The notes under the pieces: model-generated | The model's database searches: none | Told to the model about the DNA's origin: nothing | Seen by the model: the letters and a program-made list of their open reading frames with translations, nothing else | Part shown: positions 40,028-48,574 of the stretch, in pieces | Numbering within the stretch: the stretch's first letter is position 1 | Layout: every line of letters begins with the position of its first letter | Source of the DNA: a virus | Length of the DNA: 64,000 nucleotides | Strand: one strand, 5' to 3' | Virus record (IMG/VR): IMGVR_UViG_3300021964_000021 | Location: 1 to 64,000 of that record | Made by a program: the position numbers and the translations under genes

Positions 40028-41614
40028 ATGGCTTTTGGATCTCTAGCAACTATCAAGCCAACTGCACTGAATACGAACGAGGTTCTTTATACCGCACCCG
40101 CTGGTCAGTTGGTAGAAGGAAAGGTATATATCACTAATCGTAGTGCATCCGAAATTAAAATTCGAGTTGGTCTCTCTACAGGAAATATATCAGACTTTGA
40201 CACTACAAAAGGTTACCTAGTATTTAACAGAATAATTCCAAGAGGAGAATATTACGAAACTGATAGTATATTTTTTGGTGATGGTGAGAGTGTTGTTGTA
40301 CGTGCTAACCATACTGACGTAACATTTACACTGCTTGCTGCAGAGACTGAGAATAGAGAAGAGGGTGGATTCCTTGCTCAGGGAGTATCTGCATCTTCCA
40401 AGAGTAGCAGTCTACTCTTCATGGTTCCTACAGACTATAAGGAACTTAGGGGCAACCTTTATATTTGTAATAGGGGATCTTTTGATACCAAGGTAAGAGT
40501 TGGTCTTGGAACAACATCAACAGATTATCTTGAGTTCAACTATACTGTCCCTAGAGATACTACTCATGTTAGAACTGATTTAAGAGCTGCTGGTGGAGAT
40601 GTTCTTTATATTAGAAGTGATTCTGAAGATCAGAACCTAGTAAATTTTGTTCTCACTGGATACTATGAAAACTTCATTGCATTCTCTGGAGACATTGGTG
40701 TTGCAGGCACAATGCAATCTCAGAGTGCATATGTAAAATCTGCAGTATCTATTGGTATTACAAGTCCTGGGTCTAATGCACTTAAAGTAATTGGTAATAC
40801 TGAACTTGCAGGAGTTACTATTACTGATGACCTTGCAGTACAGGGTAACACTAATGTTGCTGGGGTTGCAACCTTTGTTGGTACTGTAACTTTCCAGGGA
40901 GGTACAATTAACACTGGTGTTGGTACTGAGAACGCAGTTGTCCTTGATGCTAACGTTAACTCTAACGTTACTCCAGGTACAACTAATACGTTTGACCTTG
41001 GACAAGACTCTAAGAAGTGGAGATATGTTTATTCTGGAGATACAATTAGAGGAAATCAAATTGATTTGAGTAATGGAACTAGTGGTATTGCAACTATTGG
41101 TAGAGTCGGTGCAGGTGGAACACAAACTCAGGTTATAATTGGTGCAGCAACAACTGCTATGCTGGCAAAGGGTAATATTGCAGCAAATGGTGATGTACTT
41201 GTCAAAGGTCAAATTGGAGTTGGCACAGTCACAACTCCTCAACTTAGAGGAAATGATACTACAGGTAACCTCGAAGTGTGGAACTCCTCTCTCAGTAGAT
41301 GGATTCCTATCCAAGGTGTAGAGACTACATATCTTAGTGCATCTAACAACACTAATATTGATCCATGGACAACTGTCTGGGCAGATACTAGTGGCGGTAC
41401 ATGGACTCTCACGTTACCCGTATCTCCACAACAGGGAGATAAAGTTAGAATTGTGGATGTCAGAGGCACATTTGACTCTAACAACTTGACAATTAATAGA
41501 AATGGTAATAATATTATGAGTGACGCTTCTGATTTAGTTGTCAGCACAGAAGGTGCATCCTTTGATTTAATATATTCTGACTCTACTAGGGGTTGGGTAA
41601 TCTTCAGCGTATAA
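40028..41614 (+). CDS. Virion structural / fibre protein
   Basis: Start revised to ATG 40028; TAAATA at 39990; C-terminal DTSGGTWTLTLPVSP domain paralogous to the end of 25511..29350. Confidence 0.75.
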   Translation: MAFGSLATIKPTALNTNEVLYTAPAGQLVEGKVYITNRSASEIKIRVGLSTGNISDFDTTKGYLVFNRIIPRGEYYETDSIFFGDGESVVVRANHTDVTFTLLAAETENREEGGFLAQGVSASSKSSSLLFMVPTDYKELRGNLYICNRGSFDTKVRVGLGTTSTDYLEFNYTVPRDTTHVRTDLRAAGGDVLYIRSDSEDQNLVNFVLTGYYENFIAFSGDIGVAGTMQSQSAYVKSAVSIGITSPGSNALKVIGNTELAGVTITDDLAVQGNTNVAGVATFVGTVTFQGGTINTGVGTENAVVLDANVNSNVTPGTTNTFDLGQDSKKWRYVYSGDTIRGNQIDLSNGTSGIATIGRVGAGGTQTQVIIGAATTAMLAKGNIAANGDVLVKGQIGVGTVTTPQLRGNDTTGNLEVWNSSLSRWIPIQGVETTYLSASNNTNIDPWTTVWADTSGGTWTLTLPVSPQQGDKVRIVDVRGTFDSNNLTINRNGNNIMSDASDLVVSTEGASFDLIYSDSTRGWVIFSV

Positions 41615-41621
41615 TAAAATT

Positions 41622-41924
41622 ATGGTTTACAAATACGATCCTCACATTTTGCATAAAAAAGAAGATGTTGAACAGACAGAAGAAATTATTATCTTCTCAA
41701 AAGATGATTGTCCTTACTGTCTCTATATTACTAGAATCCTAAATCAAATTGGATTGACTTACACTGAATTTAAACTTGGAAAAGATTTTACCAAGGCAGA
41801 ACATTATGAAAAATTTGGAATGAATGCAACCTTCCCTAAGGTTGAGATTGACGATGAAGTTATTGGAGGTTCTAGGGATACTGTTGAGTGGTTAAAGAAG
41901 GCTCGTTACGTTCCTGGTAATTGA
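41622..41924 (+). CDS. Glutaredoxin
   Basis: CPYC, TFP, IGG. Confidence 0.9.
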   Translation: MVYKYDPHILHKKEDVEQTEEIIIFSKDDCPYCLYITRILNQIGLTYTEFKLGKDFTKAEHYEKFGMNATFPKVEIDDEVIGGSRDTVEWLKKARYVPGN

Positions 41925-42568
41925 GCGAGATCAAATAAAAAACCATTAATATACTTCCTAGCAAATTGCTTTGTATAGTATGATTTTATGATACCATATG
42001 CTGGATCAGTGTATGATAAATGATGGTCATAACCTTTTTGAAAGATGTGAGCAGGAGACTGTTCACATCTTTTTGTGCATTCTTGATATCTTCTAAGGTA
42101 TAGATCTAATTTATCAATATACTCGTCATAAAAATCTTGACGATCAGTCTTGATCCAAAGTTTTTTGGAGAAGTATGTGTCTAGATCATAGATCTTTGAT
42201 TTATTTTTTATTCTATCTTCTTGATCTCCAAGATACGTTTGAATATATTTGTCTGAATATTCTTTACTTCCTTCTAGTGGATGGAAGTCAATGGTTCCAA
42301 AATATTTTACATTACCACACTTAACATATTCTGTTCCAAAGACTGGGGCATTGTATTGAAAGTCTGGATATATAACAAGAGACTCTGCAATAAACTTACC
42401 ACGGATATGTAACTCACAAATTCTTATTCTGCGGAGGTTTTCTGTTCTCCATACATAAGATTTTATACACGAGTTCTTATCTTCTATAACAGGACTCAAC
42501 CAATTTGGAAGAGCAACTGGAGTCAGGTTCTGATATAATTCAAATAGTTTATTCCTAACTTCCATCAC
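41906..42568 (-). CDS. Ferredoxin-dependent bilin reductase, PebA-like, divergent
   Basis: RRIR, YPDFQYNAPVFG, DFHPL, YFS, YD.....DPAYG...FLF match the FDBR family pattern. Confidence 0.75.
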   Translation of the reverse strand: MMEVRNKLFELYQNLTPVALPNWLSPVIEDKNSCIKSYVWRTENLRRIRICELHIRGKFIAESLVIYPDFQYNAPVFGTEYVKCGNVKYFGTIDFHPLEGSKEYSDKYIQTYLGDQEDRIKNKSKIYDLDTYFSKKLWIKTDRQDFYDEYIDKLDLYLRRYQECTKRCEQSPAHIFQKGYDHHLSYTDPAYGIIKSYYTKQFARKYINGFLFDLAQLPGT

Positions 42569-42593
42569 AAAGGTTCAATAATAGATATTTATT

Positions 42594-44222
42594 ATGAGAG
42601 TTTTAACTATATTTGGTGGTGGTCATGACTCCTCTGCAACTTTTGTTGTTGATGGTAAGGTTGAAAGATATTTAAAAGAAGAGAGATATACTGGAGTAAA
42701 GCACGACACGAGTCATAATGCAATTATTGATACGATTATCGATAACAATCTTCTTGGCAATGTTGATTACATTATGTCAGTTAATCAACTAGATCGCACT
42801 GATGCTATAAAACTAAACAACATTTTGCAATCTTTTGCTCCCGAAGCAAAGATTTTTAATCCACTAAATGAGCACCACTTGTTTCATGCATCGAATGCAT
42901 TTTATAACAGTGGGTTTGAAGAGTCCTTAGTGATTGTTATTGATGCAGCAGGCGCAGAATTTAGTAAGAAGCATTTAAAAACATACGAATGTGACTCTGT
43001 TTATCTTGCTACTTATCCAAACAAATTTGAGAAGTTGTATAAGGGATATGCTACAGATGGAGAGTTTAAGTGTAGTGATGTAAAAAAGATTGTTAATTAT
43101 TGTGAATATCAGATCCGTGATATAAATTCTGGGTGGGCTAATATTGGTAACTTATATAATAGTGCTGCTCTAGCAATGGGACAAACTCTTCAGGATTGTG
43201 GTAAAGCAATGGGGTTGTCTTCATATGGAAAATCTATTCCAAAAATAAATCTAAGTGGATTTGACGCACTAAAGAGTATAACCGAATATTTTAATGATAA
43301 TTCGCAATTTTTATCTGTTCTGTATGGTGATCAGGATAGGTATCATCTTGATATTACGGACAATAATTATCAAAAGTATGCTGATTATTGTTATGAAGTT
43401 CAGCAAGAGTGTATGAATCAAGTAATTGATTTGGTTAGAAAATACACTAGGAAAACTGGCGTCAAGAAAGTTTGTTTGAGTGGTGGATATGCAATGAACA
43501 TTGTAACTAATTATGAGTTGACTCAAGAGTTCCCAGAAGTTGAATTCTTTTTTGAACCTCTTTGTAATGATGGTGGCATATCTGTAGGTGCTGCCATGTA
43601 TGTGTACAGAACAGTATCAAAAGATAAAACAATACATCCTATTGAGACAACTTCTTATCATGGAGTAGATCATGATATAACATCGTATAAAGGTGTCACA
43701 GTGGATACTAAGGGGGTAGTTGATCTACTATGCCAAAACAAGTCTGTAGCGGTCTTCTACGGGCAGGCAGAGGCAGGTGAGAGAGCTCTTGGTAACAGAT
43801 CTATATTGTTCAATCCTTTGAATCCTGATGCTAGAGATATAGTTAACCAAATAAAGAAGAGAGAATGGTATAGACCCTTTGCTGCCATGGTCTTAGAGGA
43901 AGATGCTCATTTGTATTTTGAGAATGCTATGCCCAGCAGATTTATGACACTTTCATTTCCTGTAAAGTCTGATATAATCCCTGGTGTAACTCATGTGGAT
44001 GGAACCTGTAGGGTTCAAACCGTTGCATCTGGTCACATGTATGATATCCTAAGGGAGTTCAAAAACTTGACAGGTCATGGTATCCTATTGAACACCAGTT
44101 TTAATCTTGCTGGTCAACCACTCGTTGAAACAGCAGAAGAAGCACTCAAAACTTTAAACGAATCTACTTTAGATTACGTTTGGTTTTATGAAACCAAGCA
44201 GTTGTTTAAATCCACTTTTTGA
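42594..44222 (+). CDS. Carbamoyltransferase, second full-length copy
   Basis: GHDSS, KEER, HHLFHA, GKAMGL, EAGERALGNRS, NTSFN. Confidence 0.9.
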   Translation: MRVLTIFGGGHDSSATFVVDGKVERYLKEERYTGVKHDTSHNAIIDTIIDNNLLGNVDYIMSVNQLDRTDAIKLNNILQSFAPEAKIFNPLNEHHLFHASNAFYNSGFEESLVIVIDAAGAEFSKKHLKTYECDSVYLATYPNKFEKLYKGYATDGEFKCSDVKKIVNYCEYQIRDINSGWANIGNLYNSAALAMGQTLQDCGKAMGLSSYGKSIPKINLSGFDALKSITEYFNDNSQFLSVLYGDQDRYHLDITDNNYQKYADYCYEVQQECMNQVIDLVRKYTRKTGVKKVCLSGGYAMNIVTNYELTQEFPEVEFFFEPLCNDGGISVGAAMYVYRTVSKDKTIHPIETTSYHGVDHDITSYKGVTVDTKGVVDLLCQNKSVAVFYGQAEAGERALGNRSILFNPLNPDARDIVNQIKKREWYRPFAAMVLEEDAHLYFENAMPSRFMTLSFPVKSDIIPGVTHVDGTCRVQTVASGHMYDILREFKNLTGHGILLNTSFNLAGQPLVETAEEALKTLNESTLDYVWFYETKQLFKSTF

Positions 44223-44236
44223 TATATAATTTTAAA

Positions 44237-44614
44237 ATGGTGTCTGCACTAATGGAAGAGGACATTGACTTTGCACTCTACTATGATGTTGAGAAAGCAA
44301 TTGACTATGCCTTTGAAGGTAAATTTGTACTTAAACTGTACGACTATCTAAAAATATGTAATGCAAAGCGCCGCCATGCTGACGAGTTTATTGAAAGCAC
44401 GACGGCAGCAGAGATCAACTTGTTGATTTTGGACCTTGAAGAATATCTTCAAGGTGGTCAAGACGATACTCATAAGCAATTGCGAGAAGGGTATGGTCAC
44501 ATTCCAAAACCACAAGCAAGAAAAATAAAAGAATATCTCTATGGTATTCTTGAAGATGCCTGGAGATACAGCAATGACAAAAAACCAGGAAGACGAAAGA
44601 AGTCAACTAAATAA
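44237..44614 (+). CDS. Hypothetical cyanophage protein
   Basis: REGYGHIPKPQARKI; start uncertain. Confidence 0.65.
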   Translation: MVSALMEEDIDFALYYDVEKAIDYAFEGKFVLKLYDYLKICNAKRRHADEFIESTTAAEINLLILDLEEYLQGGQDDTHKQLREGYGHIPKPQARKIKEYLYGILEDAWRYSNDKKPGRRKKSTK

Positions 44615-44792
44615 ATCAGAAGAATCTCCAGATATTAATCGGGGATTTGAGTTAATGTTGCGACACCGCAGCAGGAGGGAGAAACCAAAACCTAAAACAT
44701 TTGGCATAATGTTTGGGAAGGTCATCTCTCTCCTAAGTCGAGAGATACACTTCCATTTTGAATTAAAACTTGGTATTCTTAAAAAGAGGTAA
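44574..44792 (+). CDS. Hypothetical protein
   Basis: INRGFELMLR; tight packing; start uncertain. Confidence 0.5.
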   Translation: MTKNQEDERSQLNKSEESPDINRGFELMLRHRSRREKPKPKTFGIMFGKVISLLSREIHFHFELKLGILKKR

Positions 44793-44808
44793 TCTCGGGA
44801 GCAGTCCG

Positions 44809-45027
44809 ATGTTAGCAATTACACTTACATTCTCCGCATTATTTTCCATAATGATGCTCATTGTGGGCGGAGTGGTTGGTTGGATGGCGAAAGAACATGT
44901 ACTAATGTCTTCACCAGTCTATACACATCCCGAAATGTTTGACGAAAATGGGAACATTCTTCCCGATGAAATTTTAGCAGTACGATTTGAAAATGGCTAT
45001 GACGACTACGAAGAAGAAGACGACTAA
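44809..45027 (+). CDS. Small membrane protein
   Basis: N-terminal TM, HPEMFDENGN..PDEI, acidic tail. Confidence 0.65.
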   Translation: MLAITLTFSALFSIMMLIVGGVVGWMAKEHVLMSSPVYTHPEMFDENGNILPDEILAVRFENGYDDYEEEDD

Positions 45028-45559
45028 ACCTATTCCTGAATTGCAACCAAACCCCTTCATGCATGAGATCCTTGATCTGGTTCATGGACAAAGGACAGTT
45101 GCTAAAAAGGCGGAGGTGTTGCAAAAGTATAGGACTGAAGGTCTAGTTGCACTTCTGATTTGGAATTTTGATGACACTGCTGTGTCTGCTCTTCCTGAGG
45201 GTGATGTACCTTACTCTCGTGCAGAAGAGCAGACTGCACAAAACGAATCTCTGTCCGCTTCGATTGAGAAGTTGAATAGGGTTGACGGTCTGTCTAAAAT
45301 GGATGAAGTTGTTCGTAAGAGAGCAACTTCTATTCGTAAGGAATGGCAGAACTTCTACAATTATTTGCAAGGAGGCAACCCATCCCTTACCAGTCTCCGT
45401 AGAGAGACGATGTTCATTCAAATGCTTGAAGGACTTCATCCTAGGGAAGCCGAGATCATGGTTTTGGTTAAGGACAAGAAGTTGCAGACTAGGTATAAAA
45501 TTACTAAGTCTGTCATCGCTGAGGCATATTCAGATATCCAGTGGGGAGGTCGTAGTTGA
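44993..45559 (+). CDS. Conserved T4-like hypothetical protein
   Basis: LPEGDVPY, RETMFIQMLEGLHPREAE. Confidence 0.7.
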   Translation: MAMTTTKKKTTKPIPELQPNPFMHEILDLVHGQRTVAKKAEVLQKYRTEGLVALLIWNFDDTAVSALPEGDVPYSRAEEQTAQNESLSASIEKLNRVDGLSKMDEVVRKRATSIRKEWQNFYNYLQGGNPSLTSLRRETMFIQMLEGLHPREAEIMVLVKDKKLQTRYKITKSVIAEAYSDIQWGGRS

Positions 45560-45810
45560 GTAATAAAATCAGAATACTTCATGAGGATTGTGATCCAGAG
45601 TCAGTTGATGATAAGTCATTGCCTTGCACTGCTTACTTTGTAACTTATGTAAAGAGTGGTCGTAAGTGTTATGATTTGGTTATGGCTGGCAAAAAAGTAG
45701 ATATCTTTGATCATTACTGGGACATGTATAGACATGATCTTATTGAGTTTAAACAATCCTCTGGTACAGCAAATCCAAAGTTATATAATCCACCTAAAGG
45801 TAAGAAATAA
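45556..45810 (+). CDS. Hypothetical protein
   Basis: Overlapping starts/stops with both neighbours. Confidence 0.6.
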   Translation: MSNKIRILHEDCDPESVDDKSLPCTAYFVTYVKSGRKCYDLVMAGKKVDIFDHYWDMYRHDLIEFKQSSGTANPKLYNPPKGKK

Positions 45811-46025
45811 TGTCTAATGGATTTGGTGCAGAAGATGGTAAAGCAAAAGTCTTCGTTCAAAAAGAAGAAGTAGAAAAATTAATCAAAGAATATAAAAAGA
45901 TCAAAAAGTACATGAAGTCTCCTCTCTATGAGATCAAAAATCTAGATGGGAGTGAAACACTTGTCAATAATCTCTTAAAGGAATACGGAGAGGACAATGA
46001 TTCACAAATTGATAACAATGCTTGA
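45810..46025 (+). CDS. Hypothetical protein
   Basis: TAATG coupling to upstream ORF. Confidence 0.6.
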   Translation: MSNGFGAEDGKAKVFVQKEEVEKLIKEYKKIKKYMKSPLYEIKNLDGSETLVNNLLKEYGEDNDSQIDNNA

Positions 46026-46128
46026 TCCTGCTTTAGTTGGATCAATTCTGGGAACCTTACTTTTGGTTCCCTTTGGTTATTTCATATATGATGTGAAGAA
46101 GAATCCTGACAAATATAAAGAACACTAG
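45997..46128 (+). CDS. Small TM protein, 43 aa (not in ORF track)
   Basis: GAGG RBS; MIHKLITMLDPALVGSILGTLLLVPFGYFIYDVKKNPDKYKEH. Confidence 0.45.
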   Translation: MIHKLITMLDPALVGSILGTLLLVPFGYFIYDVKKNPDKYKEH

Positions 46129-46157
46129 TTGACAAATTGTCAGGACTCTATTAAACT
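46129..46157 (+). promoter_or_regulatory. Sigma70-like early promoter
   Basis: TTGACA-17 nt-TAAACT. Confidence 0.75.
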
Positions 46158-46179
46158 ATTAATATGAATACGTTTTATT

Positions 46180-46377
46180 ATGTCAAACTATAGACCCTAT
46201 TCTCCTGAGTGGAATAGGAAACGATACTTGACTGAAGCAATTCAGACTTACTTCAATGATGACGTTGACGTTGAAGTCATTGTTGATGATATTAACTGTG
46301 CTCTGGAAGAGCAGAGAGACTATTATCTCGGTCGTGCCGAGAAGTTAGGCGCTGTTATTGCAGGTCTCAATAAATAA
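46180..46377 (+). CDS. Hypothetical protein
   Basis: YRPYSPEW..KR N-terminus; directly downstream of promoter. Confidence 0.65.
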   Translation: MSNYRPYSPEWNRKRYLTEAIQTYFNDDVDVEVIVDDINCALEEQRDYYLGRAEKLGAVIAGLNK

Positions 46378-46397
46378 AATTAAAGGTATAGATCACC

Positions 46398-46712
46398 ATG
46401 CTATCAACTCAGTATCGTCTTCGCTTAGAAGGCATCTGCAGAAAGATCTCTAATAAGGAAGAAGTGGAACTAAGTGATATGATTTGGGCAGAGAAACTAT
46501 CCAAGTCTTACACAACAGCAAGAGAATGGCTAAACAAAGCACGTCGTCAAGCTGCCAATGATATTCAAGAGGGTAGCATGGATGATTTTATGAATAAGAT
46601 GGGACTAGGAGACCCCGACCCATCTAATTATAAAACGGGGTTTGAATCTGCAGATGAAATTGTAGATTGGTTCAAGCAAGATAAACCTGACGACTGGAGA
46701 CAGCGTGACTAG
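46398..46712 (+). CDS. Hypothetical cyanophage protein
   Basis: MLSTQYRLRLE...DWRQRD. Confidence 0.7.
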   Translation: MLSTQYRLRLEGICRKISNKEEVELSDMIWAEKLSKSYTTAREWLNKARRQAANDIQEGSMDDFMNKMGLGDPDPSNYKTGFESADEIVDWFKQDKPDDWRQRD

Positions 46713-47034
46713 GTATAGCGTCATTCATAAAGACGGATCTGAAACACCTTACATTTGGTGTGATAAAACAAAACAAATGGTAGTTGCGAAGATTAAAATG
46801 CAAGCATTAGTTTATGGTAACGGTAGCCAAGAATCAGAAAGAGCAAAGATGGTTCTTGAGGCTTGTGGTCAGGACGTAAGAGAATTTATGCTTGGTGTTG
46901 ACTTTAGTGATAGACAGTTCCGTGCTGAGTTTGGTAGTGAAGCAGAGTACCCTCAAGTTGCCATTGGATTGAATCATCGTGGTACTTTGAAGGAGACTCT
47001 TAAATACATGAGTGAGCAGGGAATGTTCTTGTGA
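46705..47034 (+). CDS. Glutaredoxin-like fold protein lacking CxxC
   Basis: F..EFG.EAEYPQV.IG..H.G.LKETL resembles 41622..41924; QESERA replaces CPYC. Confidence 0.55.
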   Translation: MTRYSVIHKDGSETPYIWCDKTKQMVVAKIKMQALVYGNGSQESERAKMVLEACGQDVREFMLGVDFSDRQFRAEFGSEAEYPQVAIGLNHRGTLKETLKYMSEQGMFL

Positions 47035-47513
47035 GAGTTGATACTATCATTATAGATGAATTTTTAGAGCATCCTGATATAGTAAGAGAATCTGTTTTAA
47101 AACTGGATTTTAATACTGAAGGTTATTTTCCAGGACTTCGTAGTGATAGGGCAGACGAAGAGTATCAAGACATGGTGACGATGAAGATTGCTCCCATGTT
47201 AAGGGCAAAGACTCTTGACTATACAATGGATAGTTTTAGATTTCAATTGTGTTTGAAAGATGCTAAGACTTGGATTCATACTGATACATCTCAATGGGCG
47301 GGTGTTTTGTATTTGACACCAAATGCTCCTGTAAATTCAGGAACAGGAATTTTTACCAAAGAGGGTGATCTAATCACCATGATCGGTAATGTTTATAATC
47401 GTTTAGTTTTGTATCGTGGCGATCTACTTCACAGAAGTATTAAACCTGGATTTGGTTCTGATGTCTCTACGGGGCGTTTAACCCAGGTATTTTTCTTTGA
47501 TATTATTGAGTAA
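47031..47513 (+). CDS. 2OG-Fe(II) oxygenase-like (DUF6445-type)
   Basis: IDEFLEHPD.VR, WIHTD, WAGVLYL, NRLVLY...LH, RLTQVFF. Confidence 0.7.
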   Translation: MRVDTIIIDEFLEHPDIVRESVLKLDFNTEGYFPGLRSDRADEEYQDMVTMKIAPMLRAKTLDYTMDSFRFQLCLKDAKTWIHTDTSQWAGVLYLTPNAPVNSGTGIFTKEGDLITMIGNVYNRLVLYRGDLLHRSIKPGFGSDVSTGRLTQVFFFDIIE

Positions 47514-47546
47514 TATTAAAAACGGTATAGCGTTATACCGAATAAG

Positions 47547-47575
47547 TTGCATACATAGTAACGTCAGTGTATAAT
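47547..47575 (+). promoter_or_regulatory. Sigma70-like promoter driving the riboswitch locus
   Basis: TTGCAT-17 nt-TATAAT; predicted +1 near 47582, right at the CGTTC aptamer start. Confidence 0.75.
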
Positions 47576-47592
47576 GACAGTACGTTCATCTT

Positions 47593-47820
47593 ATGCCTCT
47601 TCTAATGCTGCTCATGGCATTCAGTACACAAGAGGTTACCAGTGACTATCTTGTCAGTGGTGCCTACGACTGGATGATGACCTGCGAGCAATCTCAAGAA
47701 GCAATCACGAATCTATATAAAGATGAGTATTATTCTCGTCCTGAAAATGTAGGTATTCGTGAGAGCATGAAGAGAAAGTTCTTACGTCATACACCTTATG
47801 AGTGTGCGGTCGAGATATAA
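47593..47820 (+). CDS. Small protein nested in riboswitch loop 1 (75 aa)
   Basis: Hydrophobic N-terminus; two Cys (MTCEQS...TPYEC). Confidence 0.6.
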   Translation: MPLLMLLMAFSTQEVTSDYLVSGAYDWMMTCEQSQEAITNLYKDEYYSRPENVGIRESMKRKFLRHTPYECAVEI

Positions 47821-47855
47821 GACGCAAGTAAGTCGCGGAACGGAGCGTTCATCCC

Positions 47856-48026
47856 ATGCTAGAATTACTTTTATATTCAAGTATAACTTGTACTGATGCT
47901 GATGCATTATTGTTCAGGATCACAAAAAATAGATCAGAACTACCTCCACAAGTGGTGGTAGAATTGGTAGAGACTGTAAAGGAATCTGTACCTGAATGTG
48001 AATTCTACTGGGACGCAAACGACTGA
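47856..48026 (+). CDS. Small protein nested in riboswitch loop 2 (56 aa, not in ORF track)
   Basis: MLELLLYSSITCTDADALLFRITKNRSELPPQVVVELVETVKESVPECEFYWDAND. Confidence 0.6.
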   Translation: MLELLLYSSITCTDADALLFRITKNRSELPPQVVVELVETVKESVPECEFYWDAND

Positions 48027-48071
48027 AGGAACGGGAGATTAAATTCACCCTAGTATTTCAGGTAACGACAA

Positions 48072-48239
48072 ATGAACACACTTAACCTCATCAAAAAGCA
48101 AATCGAAAAGCAGGCTCGCCTGCATGATGCACAGATCTCTCACACCGCTTATCGCGGAGTGATTTTTGATCGTCGCTGCGAAGAGCGTGATGAAGTTCAC
48201 GGAGCATTCTGCTACCGTGGTCACACCTACATCAAGTGA
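48072..48239 (+). CDS. DUF4278-like YRG-motif peptide (55 aa, not in ORF track)
   Basis: MNTLNLIKKQIEKQARLHDAQISHTAYRGVIFD...FCYRGHTYIK. Confidence 0.7.
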   Translation: MNTLNLIKKQIEKQARLHDAQISHTAYRGVIFDRRCEERDEVHGAFCYRGHTYIK

Positions 48240-48246
48240 GGAAGAT

Positions 48247-48345
48247 ATGCTTGCATTAAAAGTTGCGGGATTCGGTTCCCTTTTTAGCGCAGCATTTATT
48301 CTCCTATTGTATGGTGAACTACTGCTCCTCAATAAAATAGATTGA
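48247..48345 (+). CDS. Small TM peptide (32 aa, not in ORF track)
   Basis: GAGG RBS; MLALKVAGFGSLFSAAFILLLYGELLLLNKID. Confidence 0.55.
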   Translation: MLALKVAGFGSLFSAAFILLLYGELLLLNKID

Positions 48346-48355
48346 GGAGATAAGA

Positions 48356-48511
48356 ATGCTGAAGGTCAGATTTTTTTATGACCTTCCAGTATTTGATCCT
48401 AAGAAGCACGATCCAGATAGAACTTTTGCGTTCTTAACTTATCGTGGTGTACATTATGCCAAATGGGTTGATTTAAAATCCATGGGCACACCAAGCTGGA
48501 AGATCAAGTAA
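48356..48511 (+). CDS. DUF4278-like peptide (51 aa, not in ORF track)
   Basis: GAGGAG RBS; contains LTYRGVHY. Confidence 0.65.
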   Translation: MLKVRFFYDLPVFDPKKHDPDRTFAFLTYRGVHYAKWVDLKSMGTPSWKIK

Positions 48512-48514
48512 ATT

Positions 48515-48541
48515 AAGGGGGGTTGCGACCCTTCTTTTTTT
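48515..48541 (+). terminator. Terminator closing the riboswitch operon
   Basis: AAGGGGGGT-TGCG-ACCCTTCTT plus T run. Confidence 0.7.
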
Positions 48542-48574
48542 GTACTATAATGTTTAAGTGTATCTAAATTGCAG

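Larger units (their letters stand above)
47583..48033 (+). ncRNA. Double glnA-type (glutamine) riboswitch with ORF-containing loops
   Basis: CGTTC-A-P2...P2'-CGCAAGTA-AGTCG...CGACT-GAAG-GAACG elements, with the CGTTCATC and GGAACGG elements each present twice; stems are exactly complementary (see findings). Confidence 0.7.

Noticed and set aside
48045-48332. 95-aa minus-strand ORF (and 48564..48827)
   Set aside because: Antisense to coherent plus-strand small ORFs with recognisable motifs.
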